This document shows positions 38,911-49,930 of a stretch of DNA of 64,000 bases, piece by piece. Below the pieces are notes generated by a model, which saw nothing but the letters and a program-made list of their open reading frames with translations, was not told the origin of the DNA and did not search any database. The stretch is from Candidatus Nanohaloarchaea archaeon (GTDB lineage Archaea; Nanohalarchaeota; Nanosalinia; Nanosalinales; Nanosalinaceae). Both the position numbers and the translations under genes were made by a program. The DNA lies in assembly GCA_041639695.1 (NCBI GenBank), contig JBEQBQ010000004.1:1-64000 (forward strand). Reading direction: 5' to 3'. Every line of letters begins with the position of its first letter. Within the stretch, counting starts at the first letter, position 1.

Positions 38911-39882
38911 ATGTCGAGTAAAACCCTTCAAAAGGACCTAAATGAGGAACTTGAATGGCTCTTTGATGATTGTTCTGGTTCTAAGGAGCTGGGCGATGAT
39001 TTTCTCCGGGAGATAGTCGCTGAAGTGGAAAACCAGGGCTTCGAACCTTTACAGCCTTTTGAGGATCAGAAGGAAAGACACAGGTTTTCTCCGTTAAAGG
39101 AACGTGGGCTAAATCCTGCGCTCTATCAGATGCTGCTGGGTTCTTCAGGGCTCTTTGCAGGCCAATACGCATCTGCAGCGATTCAAACCGGGAATTTATT
39201 GGTTGATATGACCGTTAAAGTAGATGTTCTTGGTATGATGGCTGGGGCATGTGCCGGCCTATATGCCGGTGGAAAGATTGGAAAAAGAGCTGGAGAGTGG
39301 GTTAACGAAAGGTATTCTCGGGATAGAGATTTCAGCAAGCGGGTCCTGGAGGGCGGTTTCCAGCCTGAGCTATACGATTTTATATCTGAGTCGGATTTTA
39401 TAGCAGGGGTCGAAAGCCCTGACGACGATCTCCTTGTCAGTCATGAAGCTCCTCTAGGTCCCGAAGGGGCGGCAGAAGCGTACAAATCTGCCATGGAGCA
39501 ACTGGAGGAGGTCAGGGATTACTGGGAAGACGAAATCTTTCTCGAGAACTATGAACGGCTTAGCGACCAAGAAAGAGCCATAATCGAAAGCAAGGACATA
39601 GAGCAGCTTAAAGAGACGGAGCTTGGATCTTCTGTAGAGTCTATGTTAGAGGAATTAGAGGCTAAAGAACGTCTTGATGCTAGAAATAGAGAAGGTCTTA
39701 AGAAATCCGAGATATCAGCCTTTCTTAAATATAACACGTTCGAGACGGAGTTTGAGGGCCAGGATACCGGTAAATTTGTCTACGATGGTACTGCATACGA
39801 GATTGAGATATATCAGGGAGAAGAACTTGTTCTTACTATCGACGGCGTGAACTCGGGTACTGAACCGGGAGAAATTTTCTAG
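38911..39882 (+). CDS. Hypothetical protein with two Gly-rich hydrophobic helices
   Basis: 323-aa acidic ORF. Confidence 0.7.
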   Translation: MSSKTLQKDLNEELEWLFDDCSGSKELGDDFLREIVAEVENQGFEPLQPFEDQKERHRFSPLKERGLNPALYQMLLGSSGLFAGQYASAAIQTGNLLVDMTVKVDVLGMMAGACAGLYAGGKIGKRAGEWVNERYSRDRDFSKRVLEGGFQPELYDFISESDFIAGVESPDDDLLVSHEAPLGPEGAAEAYKSAMEQLEEVRDYWEDEIFLENYERLSDQERAIIESKDIEQLKETELGSSVESMLEELEAKERLDARNREGLKKSEISAFLKYNTFETEFEGQDTGKFVYDGTAYEIEIYQGEELVLTIDGVNSGTEPGEIF

Positions 39883-40215
39883 TCTTTCAAACTAATTACG
39901 ATGTAGCTGGGTCTCAAGAGTTATAGTGAATTACCGATGAGTGTTCGGTGTTTTTGAACTTTCAGCATCACTAACAGCAAGACTTCATAACAAAGAAGGT
40001 ATATCGGAAATATGGCTACCTGTGTTTATCGGCATCTCTTCCTAGCTTAGGGAAGGGTATGCCAGAAATATCTCGGTTATAATAAGAAAGGTATAACTTC
40101 AACCTGTTGAGGGGTAGGTATCGATTCACTCGCTTACGTTATACCTCCTTTGTTCTGGGTGTTTTTCGGGATATGTCGCGAAAATCGGTGAGTGTTCAAA
40201 GAAAGTTAACACTCA

Positions 40216-40623
40216 TTACTCTGTGAGTTCCTTTGCTTCATTCCCCTGGCCATACATCTTTGCATAAACTTCAACTGTGCCTGAAACTTTGCCGTCACTG
40301 CTTATTTTGCTGTCAAGATCTTCGAGAAGTCTGTATACGCGTTCTTCGAACTCTGTAGATGGTTCTTTCTCTCTAACACTTCTGGCCTGGGCAAGTGACC
40401 AACCAAGCTCTCTGTTGGCTCGGTTGTCATCCTCTTCTAGATTGTGGCCGTATTCGTTAATCAGTTCGTAAGCGGCTTCTACGCCATCAAGCTCCGGGTA
40501 TTCGAGAACTGTTTCGGCACCTAGCATACCTGTAATTTCCGATACTGCCGCATCTCTTTCTTTCTCCTGATAGACTGCTATGGCTTGCTCTCTGGTGCTT
40601 TCCAGATTTCCGTCCGAACTCAT
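40216..40623 (-). CDS. Hypothetical protein
   Basis: ATG at 40623 (MSSDGN...); acidic, helical. Confidence 0.65.
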   Translation of the reverse strand: MSSDGNLESTREQAIAVYQEKERDAAVSEITGMLGAETVLEYPELDGVEAAYELINEYGHNLEEDDNRANRELGWSLAQARSVREKEPSTEFEERVYRLLEDLDSKISSDGKVSGTVEVYAKMYGQGNEAKELTE

Positions 40624-40966
40624 GTTTGGTTTTTGACAAGTCGGCTTTTTATTTGTTACCTCTTGGTAAGCATAGGTGTGTTCGCTTGAGGACAACACTC
40701 TTTATGCTGTGTTTTTACTTAAAAGAACTAACAAAAGGTATTAAAAACACTTGAATGTTCGCCACAAGAGAACACTATGTTGTTCAAACTATTCGAACAC
40801 TCATGGCTTGTTTGTGAGAACTAGAAGAGTTTGAAACCGCCATAGCCTCTGGATATTCAGAACAAATACCTGAACAGTCTGAAGCGTGAGTATTCTCGGG
40901 GTTTATTGGACTAGCTTAGGTGTGCCTAAACCGGGTAAAAGAGGGGAGAAAAGAAATATGTGCGGA

Positions 40967-41344
40967 CTATGCTGATCTTGCCAGGATCTCTACCTCGTAA
41001 CCCTCGGGGTCCTTCACGAAACCATAGTTGCCAGGACATTCTTCGGGAGGCCGGTAATCTTCACTGCCTGCCTCAACAGCCTTCTGGTAAGCGTCCTCAA
41101 GTGACTGATCTTCTTCGGTGTGGACTGCGATATGTCCGTAGCCTTCACCTTTCTCATACGGGTCATCTTCTCCATGGTTGTATGTGAGTTCTAGCTCGGC
41201 GGTTTGATCTTCCGGACCCAAGAAGTAAAGGGTGAACGTATCCATCTCTTTTTTCCTCTTCATCTCCCAGTCGAATGCGTTAGTGTAGAACTCGATGGCT
41301 TTTTCCGGGTCTGAGACTCTCAGCATCGTGTGTGCGAACTTCAT
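40967..41344 (-). CDS. gloA: Lactoylglutathione lyase / VOC family protein
   Basis: HTMLRV, LELTYN, GYGHIA, FVKDPEGYEVE. Confidence 0.9.
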   Translation of the reverse strand: MKFAHTMLRVSDPEKAIEFYTNAFDWEMKRKKEMDTFTLYFLGPEDQTAELELTYNHGEDDPYEKGEGYGHIAVHTEEDQSLEDAYQKAVEAGSEDYRPPEECPGNYGFVKDPEGYEVEILARSA

Positions 41345-41556
41345 ATGTTATGGTTGTGAGTGTTCGTAATGTTAACTGTTGTGCTAACGTACGAGTAACC
41401 TCTTCCAAAAAACATTTTAGGCCAGTATTTTAGATTAAAATAGTTTTTACGCCTTTGTATACCCTTCTTTCGAAAATAAGCCGAATATTGGACTTTTTCA
41501 CAACTTTGCTTTTCTTATTATGGTCAGAAAGTTACGAATGTTGGTGATAACAAACT

Positions 41557-42162
41557 ATGTCGGGACGAGATGACGACTACAACGAAGACGACGATATTGT
41601 AACCGAAGACGAAATGGACGACGAGATCGAAGAGGAGGTAGATAACGAGATAGCAGGCTATGAAAGAAGAGAGCTACTTCAGAGCATCGGTGCTGGAGCC
41701 GGACTTCTCTCAGCAGGCGCACTCCTAGGGCTTGGAGTTAATGAGGTTCTTGACGGAGAGGATGAAGAACTATACAACGGTGAACGTAATGAAACCGCTA
41801 ATGAAACCGCTGGCGGAGCTGGAATGCAGCAAGAACAGCAATCATTCCTCTACGACAACATCGAGGAAATCCCTGAACCTTGGTGCTACCCGGGACCTAA
41901 CGACGGGGAGGACGTCACGCTAGTGGCAGCCTACGATGCCGGAGACATCGATAGTGCATTAGGTCAGCAAAACACAAGAGGCCTTGAACCGGTCAGCGGC
42001 AACTACGCTGTCGACCTCAACTATGATAGTAGCAGAGGCGGATACTTCGCCGAACTACTTGGAGGCGGCGACTCACAACCAATCACTCTGACAACAGACC
42101 AGGCATCGGATATCGCCGAACTACCGATAGAAGTCGCCTACGCCGACTGCATAGGCAGGTAA
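41557..42162 (+). CDS. Membrane-anchored acidic protein with twin-Arg-like motif (module A1)
   Basis: ERRELLQ plus hydrophobic helix; two-Cys C-terminal domain similar to 43174..44010. Confidence 0.75.
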   Translation: MSGRDDDYNEDDDIVTEDEMDDEIEEEVDNEIAGYERRELLQSIGAGAGLLSAGALLGLGVNEVLDGEDEELYNGERNETANETAGGAGMQQEQQSFLYDNIEEIPEPWCYPGPNDGEDVTLVAAYDAGDIDSALGQQNTRGLEPVSGNYAVDLNYDSSRGGYFAELLGGGDSQPITLTTDQASDIAELPIEVAYADCIGR

Positions 42163-42167
42163 CGGAG

Positions 42168-43049
42168 GTGTCTCTCTTGAGGCCCTTCGTCTACCTCTTA
42201 ACCGCGGCATTCTTGGTCTTCTCAGTCGTTTCTGTATCAGGGCAGGTACCTAATGCTTCCGAGTTCAACACCGGAGGCAACAGCACAGAGAACAGTGTAA
42301 CACCGGCCTCCGAGTTCAACGATGGTGATGAGGCCGGCCCCCCGAACCCGTCCAGATATAATGACGGGAACGAGACAGGGCCATCATCCGAATCCCGGTA
42401 CAACGCAAGCCAAGAGACAGGACTTCAGGGTGACAGCCCGGCCAACGCATCTAGATACAACGATGGCAACGAGACCGGGCCCGCAGAACCATCACAGTAT
42501 AATGATGGTAACGAAACAGGTCCTGCAGACCCATCTAGATATAATGATGGTAATGAGACAGGTCCCGCAGATCCTGAGGAATACATCGGTGACGGTGAGA
42601 TAGAGGAGCCAAACATCACGGTGCAGGAGTCAGAATCGGGCATAGACATCCTTGGCTTCGAAGCTCCAGAAGTCGTCAACGTAGGCGAGACATTCGAGAT
42701 CTGCGCCCGAGTAATCACAGATCAACAGGCTGAGGCAACGCTCTACTCAGATGGCGAACGAGAAGACACGATGGAAGTTGAAGGTGACGAAACCATTTGC
42801 TTCAGTTCCGCGCTTGAATCTGAGGGTACAGTAACCTACGAACTGGTAGTCCGGGCGGACGGAGTTACGGAGTCAGAGTCGATAGATATCAGAGCAGTCC
42901 AAGTTGAGGACGGTGTCGGGTCGGCTGAGGAGCAGGTTGAGCCTCAGGATGTTCCTGAAGATGGTTTCGATAGTCCTAGCCTGATGGCCAGAGCCCTGGT
43001 TTCCGTGCTCGTAGGTGGCTCGATTGTAGCGGGCATCCTACTCGTCTGA
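42168..43049 (+). CDS. Surface protein with 14-aa repeats, Ig-like domain and C-terminal TM (module B1)
   Basis: Signal peptide; SRYNDGNETGPADP repeats; start may be TTG at 42177. Confidence 0.8.
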   Translation: MSLLRPFVYLLTAAFLVFSVVSVSGQVPNASEFNTGGNSTENSVTPASEFNDGDEAGPPNPSRYNDGNETGPSSESRYNASQETGLQGDSPANASRYNDGNETGPAEPSQYNDGNETGPADPSRYNDGNETGPADPEEYIGDGEIEEPNITVQESESGIDILGFEAPEVVNVGETFEICARVITDQQAEATLYSDGEREDTMEVEGDETICFSSALESEGTVTYELVVRADGVTESESIDIRAVQVEDGVGSAEEQVEPQDVPEDGFDSPSLMARALVSVLVGGSIVAGILLV

Positions 43050-43173
43050 CATTTTCTTTTCTATTCCAATTATTTCTTTTTAGATATTTTAAACTGTCTA
43101 TTTTGGGTTTAATTCATTCTAGGAAACAAATGAACTTAATAAACCAAAGCTAAAGGAATGAACGTGACTCATA

Positions 43174-44010
43174 ATGCCAGAAGACCAAAGAAACAATCGA
43201 AGAGCGGACACAGGCCATGAAATCGTTCCCGACGGCGGCCAAAAAGAAGACAGCGCCTCGGAGCTCGAGGAGGAAGGTGGAGGCCTCAAAAAAGTAGGAA
43301 GACTCCTTACAGGCGTATATACCAGGCCTAGAGATGCGCTTTTCAGTGTCGCAGGGGTGTATGGTGATGATGGCGAGGTAGATGATGGGAGAAGAGCTGT
43401 TTTACAGACTGCTGCTGCAGGCACAGGAATGGTGGCTGCGGGCGCTATCGGAGCAGAATACGGCGACGAGATTGAAGGACAAATTTGGTCGAATCCAGGC
43501 CAAGGATCGGCCGATATAGGGGCATCCGGCCAGCAAGGAACGAACTCGAGCAACTCCGGAAACTCGAATAAAAACGGTTTCAATAACGAAAACAGTTCTC
43601 AGAGTGCGCCAGGAGAAGAAGAGTACAACACAGGGGACTCTGATGGTACGCCGGATAACACAGAAAACTCTAGTGATACACCGGAAGATAGCAGCAATAA
43701 TCAGGAAACAATCTACTTCGATACGATGAACGAGCTTCCTGACGGCGCATGCTACGTTAATGAAGGAGGGGTCTCCGGATACTTCCTAGAGGAAGATATT
43801 GAATCGGCTATAGGAAGCGAACCGCTCGAAGACCTTACTCCGGTCGAGGGGGATATAGGCTACGATGTTGACTTCAGAGATTCTGATGACGATGGCGATC
43901 CCGACTCCTATGTTGTCCAGCTGAACGATGCTGACTCTCAGGAAGACTTGACGGTATCCCAAGCAAACGAACTATTCGAGAACGCTAACCCCAACAACTA
44001 CTGCGACTGA
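43174..44010 (+). CDS. Membrane-anchored acidic protein with twin-Arg-like motif (module A2)
   Basis: GRRAVLQ plus hydrophobic helix; N/S linker; two-Cys domain. Confidence 0.75.
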   Translation: MPEDQRNNRRADTGHEIVPDGGQKEDSASELEEEGGGLKKVGRLLTGVYTRPRDALFSVAGVYGDDGEVDDGRRAVLQTAAAGTGMVAAGAIGAEYGDEIEGQIWSNPGQGSADIGASGQQGTNSSNSGNSNKNGFNNENSSQSAPGEEEYNTGDSDGTPDNTENSSDTPEDSSNNQETIYFDTMNELPDGACYVNEGGVSGYFLEEDIESAIGSEPLEDLTPVEGDIGYDVDFRDSDDDGDPDSYVVQLNDADSQEDLTVSQANELFENANPNNYCD

Positions 44011-44019
44011 ATAAATCCC

Positions 44020-45498
44020 ATGAAAAAGACCGTTATGGCCGTTGGACTAATTTTCCTGCTGGCTGCACTTATCCCTCTAGGGATAGGTCAGCGCTTCGCT
44101 AGTGGTGACTCTCAAGATGACTTCAATAATGTCCAGCAAGATTCTGCTGACAGGTTTGATAGTGGAGATACTACAGATGATGCCGATGATAGTTCAAGAT
44201 TCGACAGCAGGGATTCAACCGATGACTACAGTACGGGTGATAACCAGGAGGGTTCAGATTCCGAGAGTTCCGAAAGTTCGGAATCGACAGGCTCTGACCA
44301 GGGTACGGATAGCAGGTTTGACAGTGGTGACTCAACAGATGACTCAACCGACTCTCGGTTTTCAAGCGGAGATTCAACCGACGATCAAAATTTGGGAGAC
44401 ACCGAACAGGGTTCAGATTCCGGAAGCTCTGACTCAACTGATTCTGGGGATACGGGAAGCAGGTTCGATAGTGGGGATTCAACGGATGACTCGAATGAGG
44501 ATGGCTCAAGATTTGACAGCGGTGATTCGACTGATGATGCTAATGAAGACGGCTCTAGGTTCGATAGTGGTGATTCGACTGATGACGCGAATGAAGATGG
44601 TTCCCGTTTTGATAGCGGTGATTCTACTGACGACTCTAACGAAAACTCTGGAGGTGGTGAAGACGACTCGCCGGAAGATTCTCAGAACGAACAAGGTTCG
44701 GAGGATGACCAGCAGGATTCTTCGAACGATCAGGATACCGAGAGCGGGGGCTCTTCTTCAGATGGTGTGTCTTCGATAGACTGGCCTGATGTGGTTGTCA
44801 AGGGCCAGAATCTTGATGTCGAACTGTCGAAGGATCGGGTTGCAGTAGGCGAAGAGGTCTTCGTAACAGGAACCCACGACTTTGCATCCGGAAAAAGGGT
44901 AAAGGTGATCGTGGAAGGTGAGAAGGTCTTTGACCGAATTATAGAACCTGGCTCGAGTTTCAGGACAGGTTTCACTCCCTCGGAAGCTGGAAATCTGGAT
45001 ATAGATGTTTCGGTCGGCGGTTCTGCATCACAGAATTTGCAGCTTGAAGTTGTTTCAGGTCTAAGTATAGGTGATATTGACATGCCGCCTGTATCAGATC
45101 CGGGTGCTGTAAGGGCCTGCGCTGATATAACAGGGAATGCGGAGACTGTTGTTATTTACAGGAATGGGGAAGAGCAGCGCCAAGAGGATGCAGAGCCACG
45201 TTTCTGTACTCTGGTTAACATGGAAGAAGGTTTGAATAGAATCAGGTTTGTGGCCAGAAACGGTGAGATGGAGGCAGAGTCGTCTACTGCTAGACGTGTT
45301 GGATCGGGAGGGGGTTTCGAGACCGCTCCACCCGCTTCGTCAGGTATTTCGGCGGGACGTTCGTCGGCACTTGGAGCTTTTTCGGGGTCGGAAACCCGCT
45401 TGATTGGGTCGATTCTTGCAGGTCTAGCGGTTGTAGCCGGCGTTCTGTACAGGGAAGGTGTAGGCGTTACTGAGTTCCTTTCCTCTATTGGTTCGTAG
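44020..45498 (+). CDS. Surface protein with RFDSGDSTDD repeats, Ig-like domains and C-terminal TM (module B2)
   Basis: Signal peptide; nine RFxSxD repeats, four of them in a 48-bp tandem at ~44455-44646. Confidence 0.8.
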   Translation: MKKTVMAVGLIFLLAALIPLGIGQRFASGDSQDDFNNVQQDSADRFDSGDTTDDADDSSRFDSRDSTDDYSTGDNQEGSDSESSESSESTGSDQGTDSRFDSGDSTDDSTDSRFSSGDSTDDQNLGDTEQGSDSGSSDSTDSGDTGSRFDSGDSTDDSNEDGSRFDSGDSTDDANEDGSRFDSGDSTDDANEDGSRFDSGDSTDDSNENSGGGEDDSPEDSQNEQGSEDDQQDSSNDQDTESGGSSSDGVSSIDWPDVVVKGQNLDVELSKDRVAVGEEVFVTGTHDFASGKRVKVIVEGEKVFDRIIEPGSSFRTGFTPSEAGNLDIDVSVGGSASQNLQLEVVSGLSIGDIDMPPVSDPGAVRACADITGNAETVVIYRNGEEQRQEDAEPRFCTLVNMEEGLNRIRFVARNGEMEAESSTARRVGSGGGFETAPPASSGISAGRSSALGAFSGSETRLIGSILAGLAVVAGVLYREGVGVTEFLSSIGS

Positions 45499-45648
45499 TT
45501 TTTTCGGAGTCCAAAAACATTTATTCTTGTGATTATTTCTTTTTGTTTCTAAACAAGAGTTTTTGTTGTCTTGAGACTCCTATAACTTACTGAAACTTTC
45601 TTTTTGAATATCTAAGATCAAAAACTTTTCCAAAGGTGACTAGAAGTA

Positions 45649-45732
45649 ATGGATCCCAACGTCATGAACGATTTCGAGGTTGAACTTGAAAGACTTACCG
45701 TACCGGGTCTAAGAGGTGAAGACGTAAACTAA
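45649..45732 (+). CDS. Candidate 27-aa small protein
   Basis: SD-like AGGTGA upstream; MDPNVMNDFEVELERLTVPGLRGEDVN; T-rich tract after stop. Confidence 0.4.
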   Translation: MDPNVMNDFEVELERLTVPGLRGEDVN

Positions 45733-45811
45733 AAATACTGTTTTTACTAAAATCCTTCTTTTTTGTGCCTTGATTTAATACTGTGGTTCTAGAAATTATT
45801 ACAGAGGCTGA

Positions 45812-46543
45812 ATGGTCTACACAAGCATACTTCTAAGCATAGGTATTACTGCGGTAATGTCGGCTCTCGGTGCACTCTTCCTTTTCATAGAAAAGCAGAG
45901 GATGGAGCGCTACATACCCTACATGATCTCGTTGTCGGCGGGTACCATCTTTGGCGGCGTGTTCATCCATCTCGTCTTCAAGCTTGCAGGAACCTACACA
46001 CGTTTCACAGGCCTCGCAATTATGGCCGGAATACTAGGTTCTTTCCTGCTTGAAAAATTAGTTCACTGGCACTGCCACCATGCAGATCACCAATATGAGC
46101 CTTTCTCTATCGTATTGGTGGTGGGAGATGCGGTTCACAATATACTTGACGGTATCCTGATAGCCTCAAGCTTTTTCGCATCGAGTTCCGCAGGAATCGC
46201 CGCAACAGTAGCTGTCGCACTACACAAAGTACCTAAGGAGATAGGCGACTTCGGCATCCTGGTTCACTCAGGTTTCACACGTTTCAAGGCCTTTGGATTC
46301 AACCTAGGCATCAGCGCCTTCATGTTTCTAGGTGCTGCAACGGTAATAATACTTTCAAATATGTCAGGGTCGGTCCAGAATGTTCTCCTGCCACTTGTAG
46401 TCGGGAACTTTGTCTATATAGCTGGAAGCGACTTGATGCCCGAAATAAAAGATATAGAGGACAACTGGGTGCCGCATGTACTAGTTTTCTCCGTAGGAGT
46501 CGGTATAATGTACTCGATACCGTACATAAAAGCTGTCATATGA
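45812..46543 (+). CDS. ZIP family metal transporter
   Basis: His-rich loop [40 protein letters not shown]. Confidence 0.92.
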   Translation: MVYTSILLSIGITAVMSALGALFLFIEKQRMERYIPYMISLSAGTIFGGVFIHLVFKLAGTYTRFTGLAIMAGILGSFLLEKLVHWHCHHADHQYEPFSIVLVVGDAVHNILDGILIASSFFASSSAGIAATVAVALHKVPKEIGDFGILVHSGFTRFKAFGFNLGISAFMFLGAATVIILSNMSGSVQNVLLPLVVGNFVYIAGSDLMPEIKDIEDNWVPHVLVFSVGVGIMYSIPYIKAVI

Positions 46544-47609
46544 AGTCCTTGACGGTCTCGAAGAACGAACGATCCTCCTTAGGGGTCTTTCTCATTCCTT
46601 CAAGCACTTCTCTTTCCTCATCGGAAACATCTTCGGGAATCTCCACGTCTACTTTAACGTAGAGGTCGCCGTTTCTTCCTCGTCTCGAAGGCATACCTTT
46701 TCCGTTAAGTCTCAGAACTTGGCCGGGTTGAGTTTCTTTCGGAACATCGACCTGGATATTTGAGTCAGGATGATCGATCTCAATAGATGTACCTAAGGCA
46801 ACGTCCCCAACGCCTAAAGTCACCGTTGTAAACAGGTCATGGTCCTTTCTCTCGAGGCTTTCATGTTCTTCAACAGAGACATAGACGTAGAGGTCGCCAG
46901 TCTCGCCGGTCGAGCTACGGTTACCCTTGTTTCTGACTCTGAGACGTTGCCCATCCCGGACTCCTTCCGGCACTTTCACGGAAACAGTCTCCTCTTTCTT
47001 CTCGGTGCCGGATCCGTTACAGGCTGAACACTTTTCTTCAGGTACTTTTCCTGAGCCGTTGCAGTTAGGACATTCTGCCGCAGTCTCCATCCGTCCGAGC
47101 GGCGTTCTCTGCACCTTTCTTACCTGTCCTCTTCCACTACACTCTGAACAGGTCGAGGTATTTCCATTCTCAGCTCCCGAGCCATTACATTCAGAACATT
47201 TTGATTTTCTTTCGACCTCAAAAGTCTTTTCGACGCCCGAGTAGGCTTCTTCTAGACTTATTGTAGTATGTATTTTGAGGTTCTTTCCGCCTCTCTTTCT
47301 CTGGCCGCCAAAACCTCCGCCTCCGAAGATTTGTTCGAACAGATCCTGAAAGTTTGATGCAGCTCGTCTTTGACCTCTTCCGGCATGGCCTTCGACTCCT
47401 TGTTTTCCGAACTGGTCGTACTTCTTTCTTTTGTCTTCATCTGAAAGAACGTCGTAGGCCTTGTTTATCTTCTTGAACTTCTCCTCATCCGCAGTATCCT
47501 TGTTAGAATCAGGGTGGTATTTCTTCGCCTTCTTCCTGTAAGCTTTTTTGATTTCGTCCTGACTTGCGTCTTCTGATATTCCTAGAAGTTCGTAGTATTC
47601 CTTTGCCAT
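46536..47609 (-). CDS. dnaJ: Chaperone DnaJ
   Basis: HPD J-domain and four CxxCxGxG repeats. Confidence 0.98.
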   Translation of the reverse strand: MAKEYYELLGISEDASQDEIKKAYRKKAKKYHPDSNKDTADEEKFKKINKAYDVLSDEDKRKKYDQFGKQGVEGHAGRGQRRAASNFQDLFEQIFGGGGFGGQRKRGGKNLKIHTTISLEEAYSGVEKTFEVERKSKCSECNGSGAENGNTSTCSECSGRGQVRKVQRTPLGRMETAAECPNCNGSGKVPEEKCSACNGSGTEKKEETVSVKVPEGVRDGQRLRVRNKGNRSSTGETGDLYVYVSVEEHESLERKDHDLFTTVTLGVGDVALGTSIEIDHPDSNIQVDVPKETQPGQVLRLNGKGMPSRRGRNGDLYVKVDVEIPEDVSDEEREVLEGMRKTPKEDRSFFETVKDFI

Positions 47610-47642
47610 AATTTTTATTTCTCGTTCGAATGATGTGTTTTC

Positions 47643-47825
47643 ATGAGTATTGTCGATTTAGATGATCTTGAGCATGATAAGGGGTTCTGGATTAGTGTGG
47701 TTGTTTTTACAACCGTTTCAGCGCTGATTGTCGGCTACCTCGGCGAATACTTGATGTCGATCGCGATTTTTGCATTAGCGATAAGTAATGCGGTTCTCGG
47801 TTACACAAAATTAAAGGAGAATTAA
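47643..47825 (+). CDS. Small two-helix membrane protein
   Basis: 60 aa, fills the dnaK-dnaJ gap. Confidence 0.6.
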   Translation: MSIVDLDDLEHDKGFWISVVVFTTVSALIVGYLGEYLMSIAIFALAISNAVLGYTKLKEN

Positions 47826-47843
47826 GGGAGCTAAAAAACTCCT

Positions 47844-49766
47844 TTATTCTTTCTTCTCCTCGTCTGTGTCGACTTCTTCGTAGTCTGCGTCGACTACTTC
47901 ATCGTCACCAGAGTTTCCGGGAGCTCCGCCCATTCCGCCCATGTTCTGGGCTGCCTGTTTCAGATCTTCTTCTGACATGTTGCTAGGGTCGAAACCTCCC
48001 ATACCTCCTTGCTGGCCGTCGTACATCTCCTGGCCGATCTCCTGTAACTCATTCTCGAGATCCTCTATAGCAGAGTCGATGTGTTCCGATGCCTCTTCAA
48101 GATCGTCGATCTCTTCTGCTTCTTCCTTCGCTTCCTCTACGTCTTCGATCGCTTCTTCAATCCCTGCGATCAGCTCTTCGTCTACTTCGTCTTTGAAGTT
48201 GTCGATCTGTGTCTCTGCCTGAGAGACTATCTGATCCGCCTTGTTCTTGGTCTCGATAAACTCACGTTTCAGCTTGTCTTCTTCCTCGTGTTTTTCTGCC
48301 TGTTCTTTCATCTCCTCGATCTCGTTCTCGTCAAGTCTTGATGTGTCGTCTATACTGATTGAGGCTTCTTCTCCGCTCTGCTGTTCTTCTGCGGAGACGT
48401 TGAGGATTCCGTCCGAGTCGATTTCGAAAGTTACTTCGATCTGCGGCTGTCCTGCTTGTGCTGGAGGGATTCCCTGAAGGTTGAACTGGCCAAGGGACTT
48501 GTTGTCCTTCGCCATTTCTCTTTCTCCCTGGACAACGTGGACCGTTACCATGGTCTGGTTGTCCTGTGCTGTCGTGAAAACCTTGGACTCTTCAGCAGGG
48601 ATTGTGGTGTTCTTCTCGATAAGAGTCTCTGTAAGGCCTCCCTTGACTTCGACACCGAGACTTAGGGGTGCGACATCAAGAAGTAGCAGGTCGTCCATCT
48701 CTCCTGTAATTGATCCTGCCTGGATGGCTGCGCCCTGAGCAACTGCTTCTGCAGGGTTGACTTCTTGGTCCGGTTCCATGCCTGTAATTGCCTGGACATG
48801 TTCCTTTACAGCGGGAACTCTGGTTGTTCCTCCAACAAGGATAACGTCGTCGATCTCTGACTTGCTGATTCCTGCGTCTTCGATAGCGGTCTCTGTCGGA
48901 TCTGTTGTTCTCTGGATCAAGTCTTCTACAAGATCTTCAAACTTTGAACGTGTGAGTTCGTAGTCGATGTTGTAGGTGCTTCCTTCGTCGTCCTGGTGGA
49001 TGAAAGGAATGTTGATCTTGGTCTGTTTTCTCGAGGAAAGCTCTTTCTTGGCTTCCTCTGCGTTCTCTCTGACTCTCTGAAGGGCTTCATCGTTTTCGGA
49101 AAGATCGATTCCGTTTTCTTCCTCGAACTTTTCGAGTACCCAGTCGATAATTTCCTGGTCGAAGTCGTCTCCACCAAGGTTGTTGTCTCCTTCTGTGGAC
49201 TGAACTTCGTAGATTCCGTCTCCCATTTCTAGGACGGTTACGTCGAATGTTCCGCCACCAAAGTCGTATACAAGTACTGTTTTCTCACTTTCATCGTCTA
49301 GGCCGTATGCTAGTGCTGCTGCAGTCGGCTCGTTCAGAATTCTCTCTACTTCTAGTCCTGCGATCTCTCCTGCATCTTTGGTTGCCTGTCTCTGTGCGTC
49401 GTTGAAGTGTGCGGGAACTGTGATAACTGCTTTCTCGACATCGTCTCCAAGTTTGTCTTCTGCGTCATTCTTGAGTTTCTGGAGGATCATCGAGGAGATC
49501 TGTTGTGGCGTGTAGTCTTCTCCCTCTAGGCTGACTTCGTAGTCTTCGCCCATGTGTCTTTTGATGGACTTGACCGTGTTTTCCTCGTTTGTCAGCATCT
49601 GGTTCTTCGCTGGCTTACCTACAAGTCTTTCGCCGTCGTCAAATGCGACTATTGAAGGTGTTACTCTTTCACCCTCTGAGTTTTCGAGGATTTTGGGTTC
49701 TCCGTCTTCTACTGAAGCTACTGCGCTTCTTGTTGTTCCGAGGTCGATTCCGACTATCTTCGCCAT
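47844..49766 (-). CDS. dnaK: Chaperone DnaK (Hsp70)
   Basis: [32 protein letters not shown]. Confidence 0.99.
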   Translation of the reverse strand: MAKIVGIDLGTTRSAVASVEDGEPKILENSEGERVTPSIVAFDDGERLVGKPAKNQMLTNEENTVKSIKRHMGEDYEVSLEGEDYTPQQISSMILQKLKNDAEDKLGDDVEKAVITVPAHFNDAQRQATKDAGEIAGLEVERILNEPTAAALAYGLDDESEKTVLVYDFGGGTFDVTVLEMGDGIYEVQSTEGDNNLGGDDFDQEIIDWVLEKFEEENGIDLSENDEALQRVRENAEEAKKELSSRKQTKINIPFIHQDDEGSTYNIDYELTRSKFEDLVEDLIQRTTDPTETAIEDAGISKSEIDDVILVGGTTRVPAVKEHVQAITGMEPDQEVNPAEAVAQGAAIQAGSITGEMDDLLLLDVAPLSLGVEVKGGLTETLIEKNTTIPAEESKVFTTAQDNQTMVTVHVVQGEREMAKDNKSLGQFNLQGIPPAQAGQPQIEVTFEIDSDGILNVSAEEQQSGEEASISIDDTSRLDENEIEEMKEQAEKHEEEDKLKREFIETKNKADQIVSQAETQIDNFKDEVDEELIAGIEEAIEDVEEAKEEAEEIDDLEEASEHIDSAIEDLENELQEIGQEMYDGQQGGMGGFDPSNMSEEDLKQAAQNMGGMGGAPGNSGDDEVVDADYEEVDTDEEKKE

Positions 49767-49930
49767 TTTATTGATTCACCTTTAGAATAAACTCTATTTT
49801 TGTTTACGTGATTAAAAATTTTTAAAGAGGTGGATGGGGTGGCTTGGTTCAAGAAGGGTGTGGAGGGTGAAGTTTTTGAACAAGGCCGATGAAGGAAATA
49901 TTTAAAAGTGTTACTTGTTCATAATAACAT

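Larger units (their letters stand above)
38483..40802. repeat. Cluster of 25-bp palindromes, consensus RRGTGTT-C-N9-G-AACACTY
   Basis: Copies at 38483, 38508, 38591, 39939, 40190, 40676, 40753, 40778, all with an 11-nt spacer. Confidence 0.8.

Noticed and set aside
38483-40802. CRISPR array
   Set aside because: Copies are degenerate with variable centres and irregular spacing; no cas genes in the window
42340-44650. CRISPR or non-coding tandem repeats
   Set aside because: Units of 42 and 48 bp are in frame with synonymous variation, so they are protein repeats
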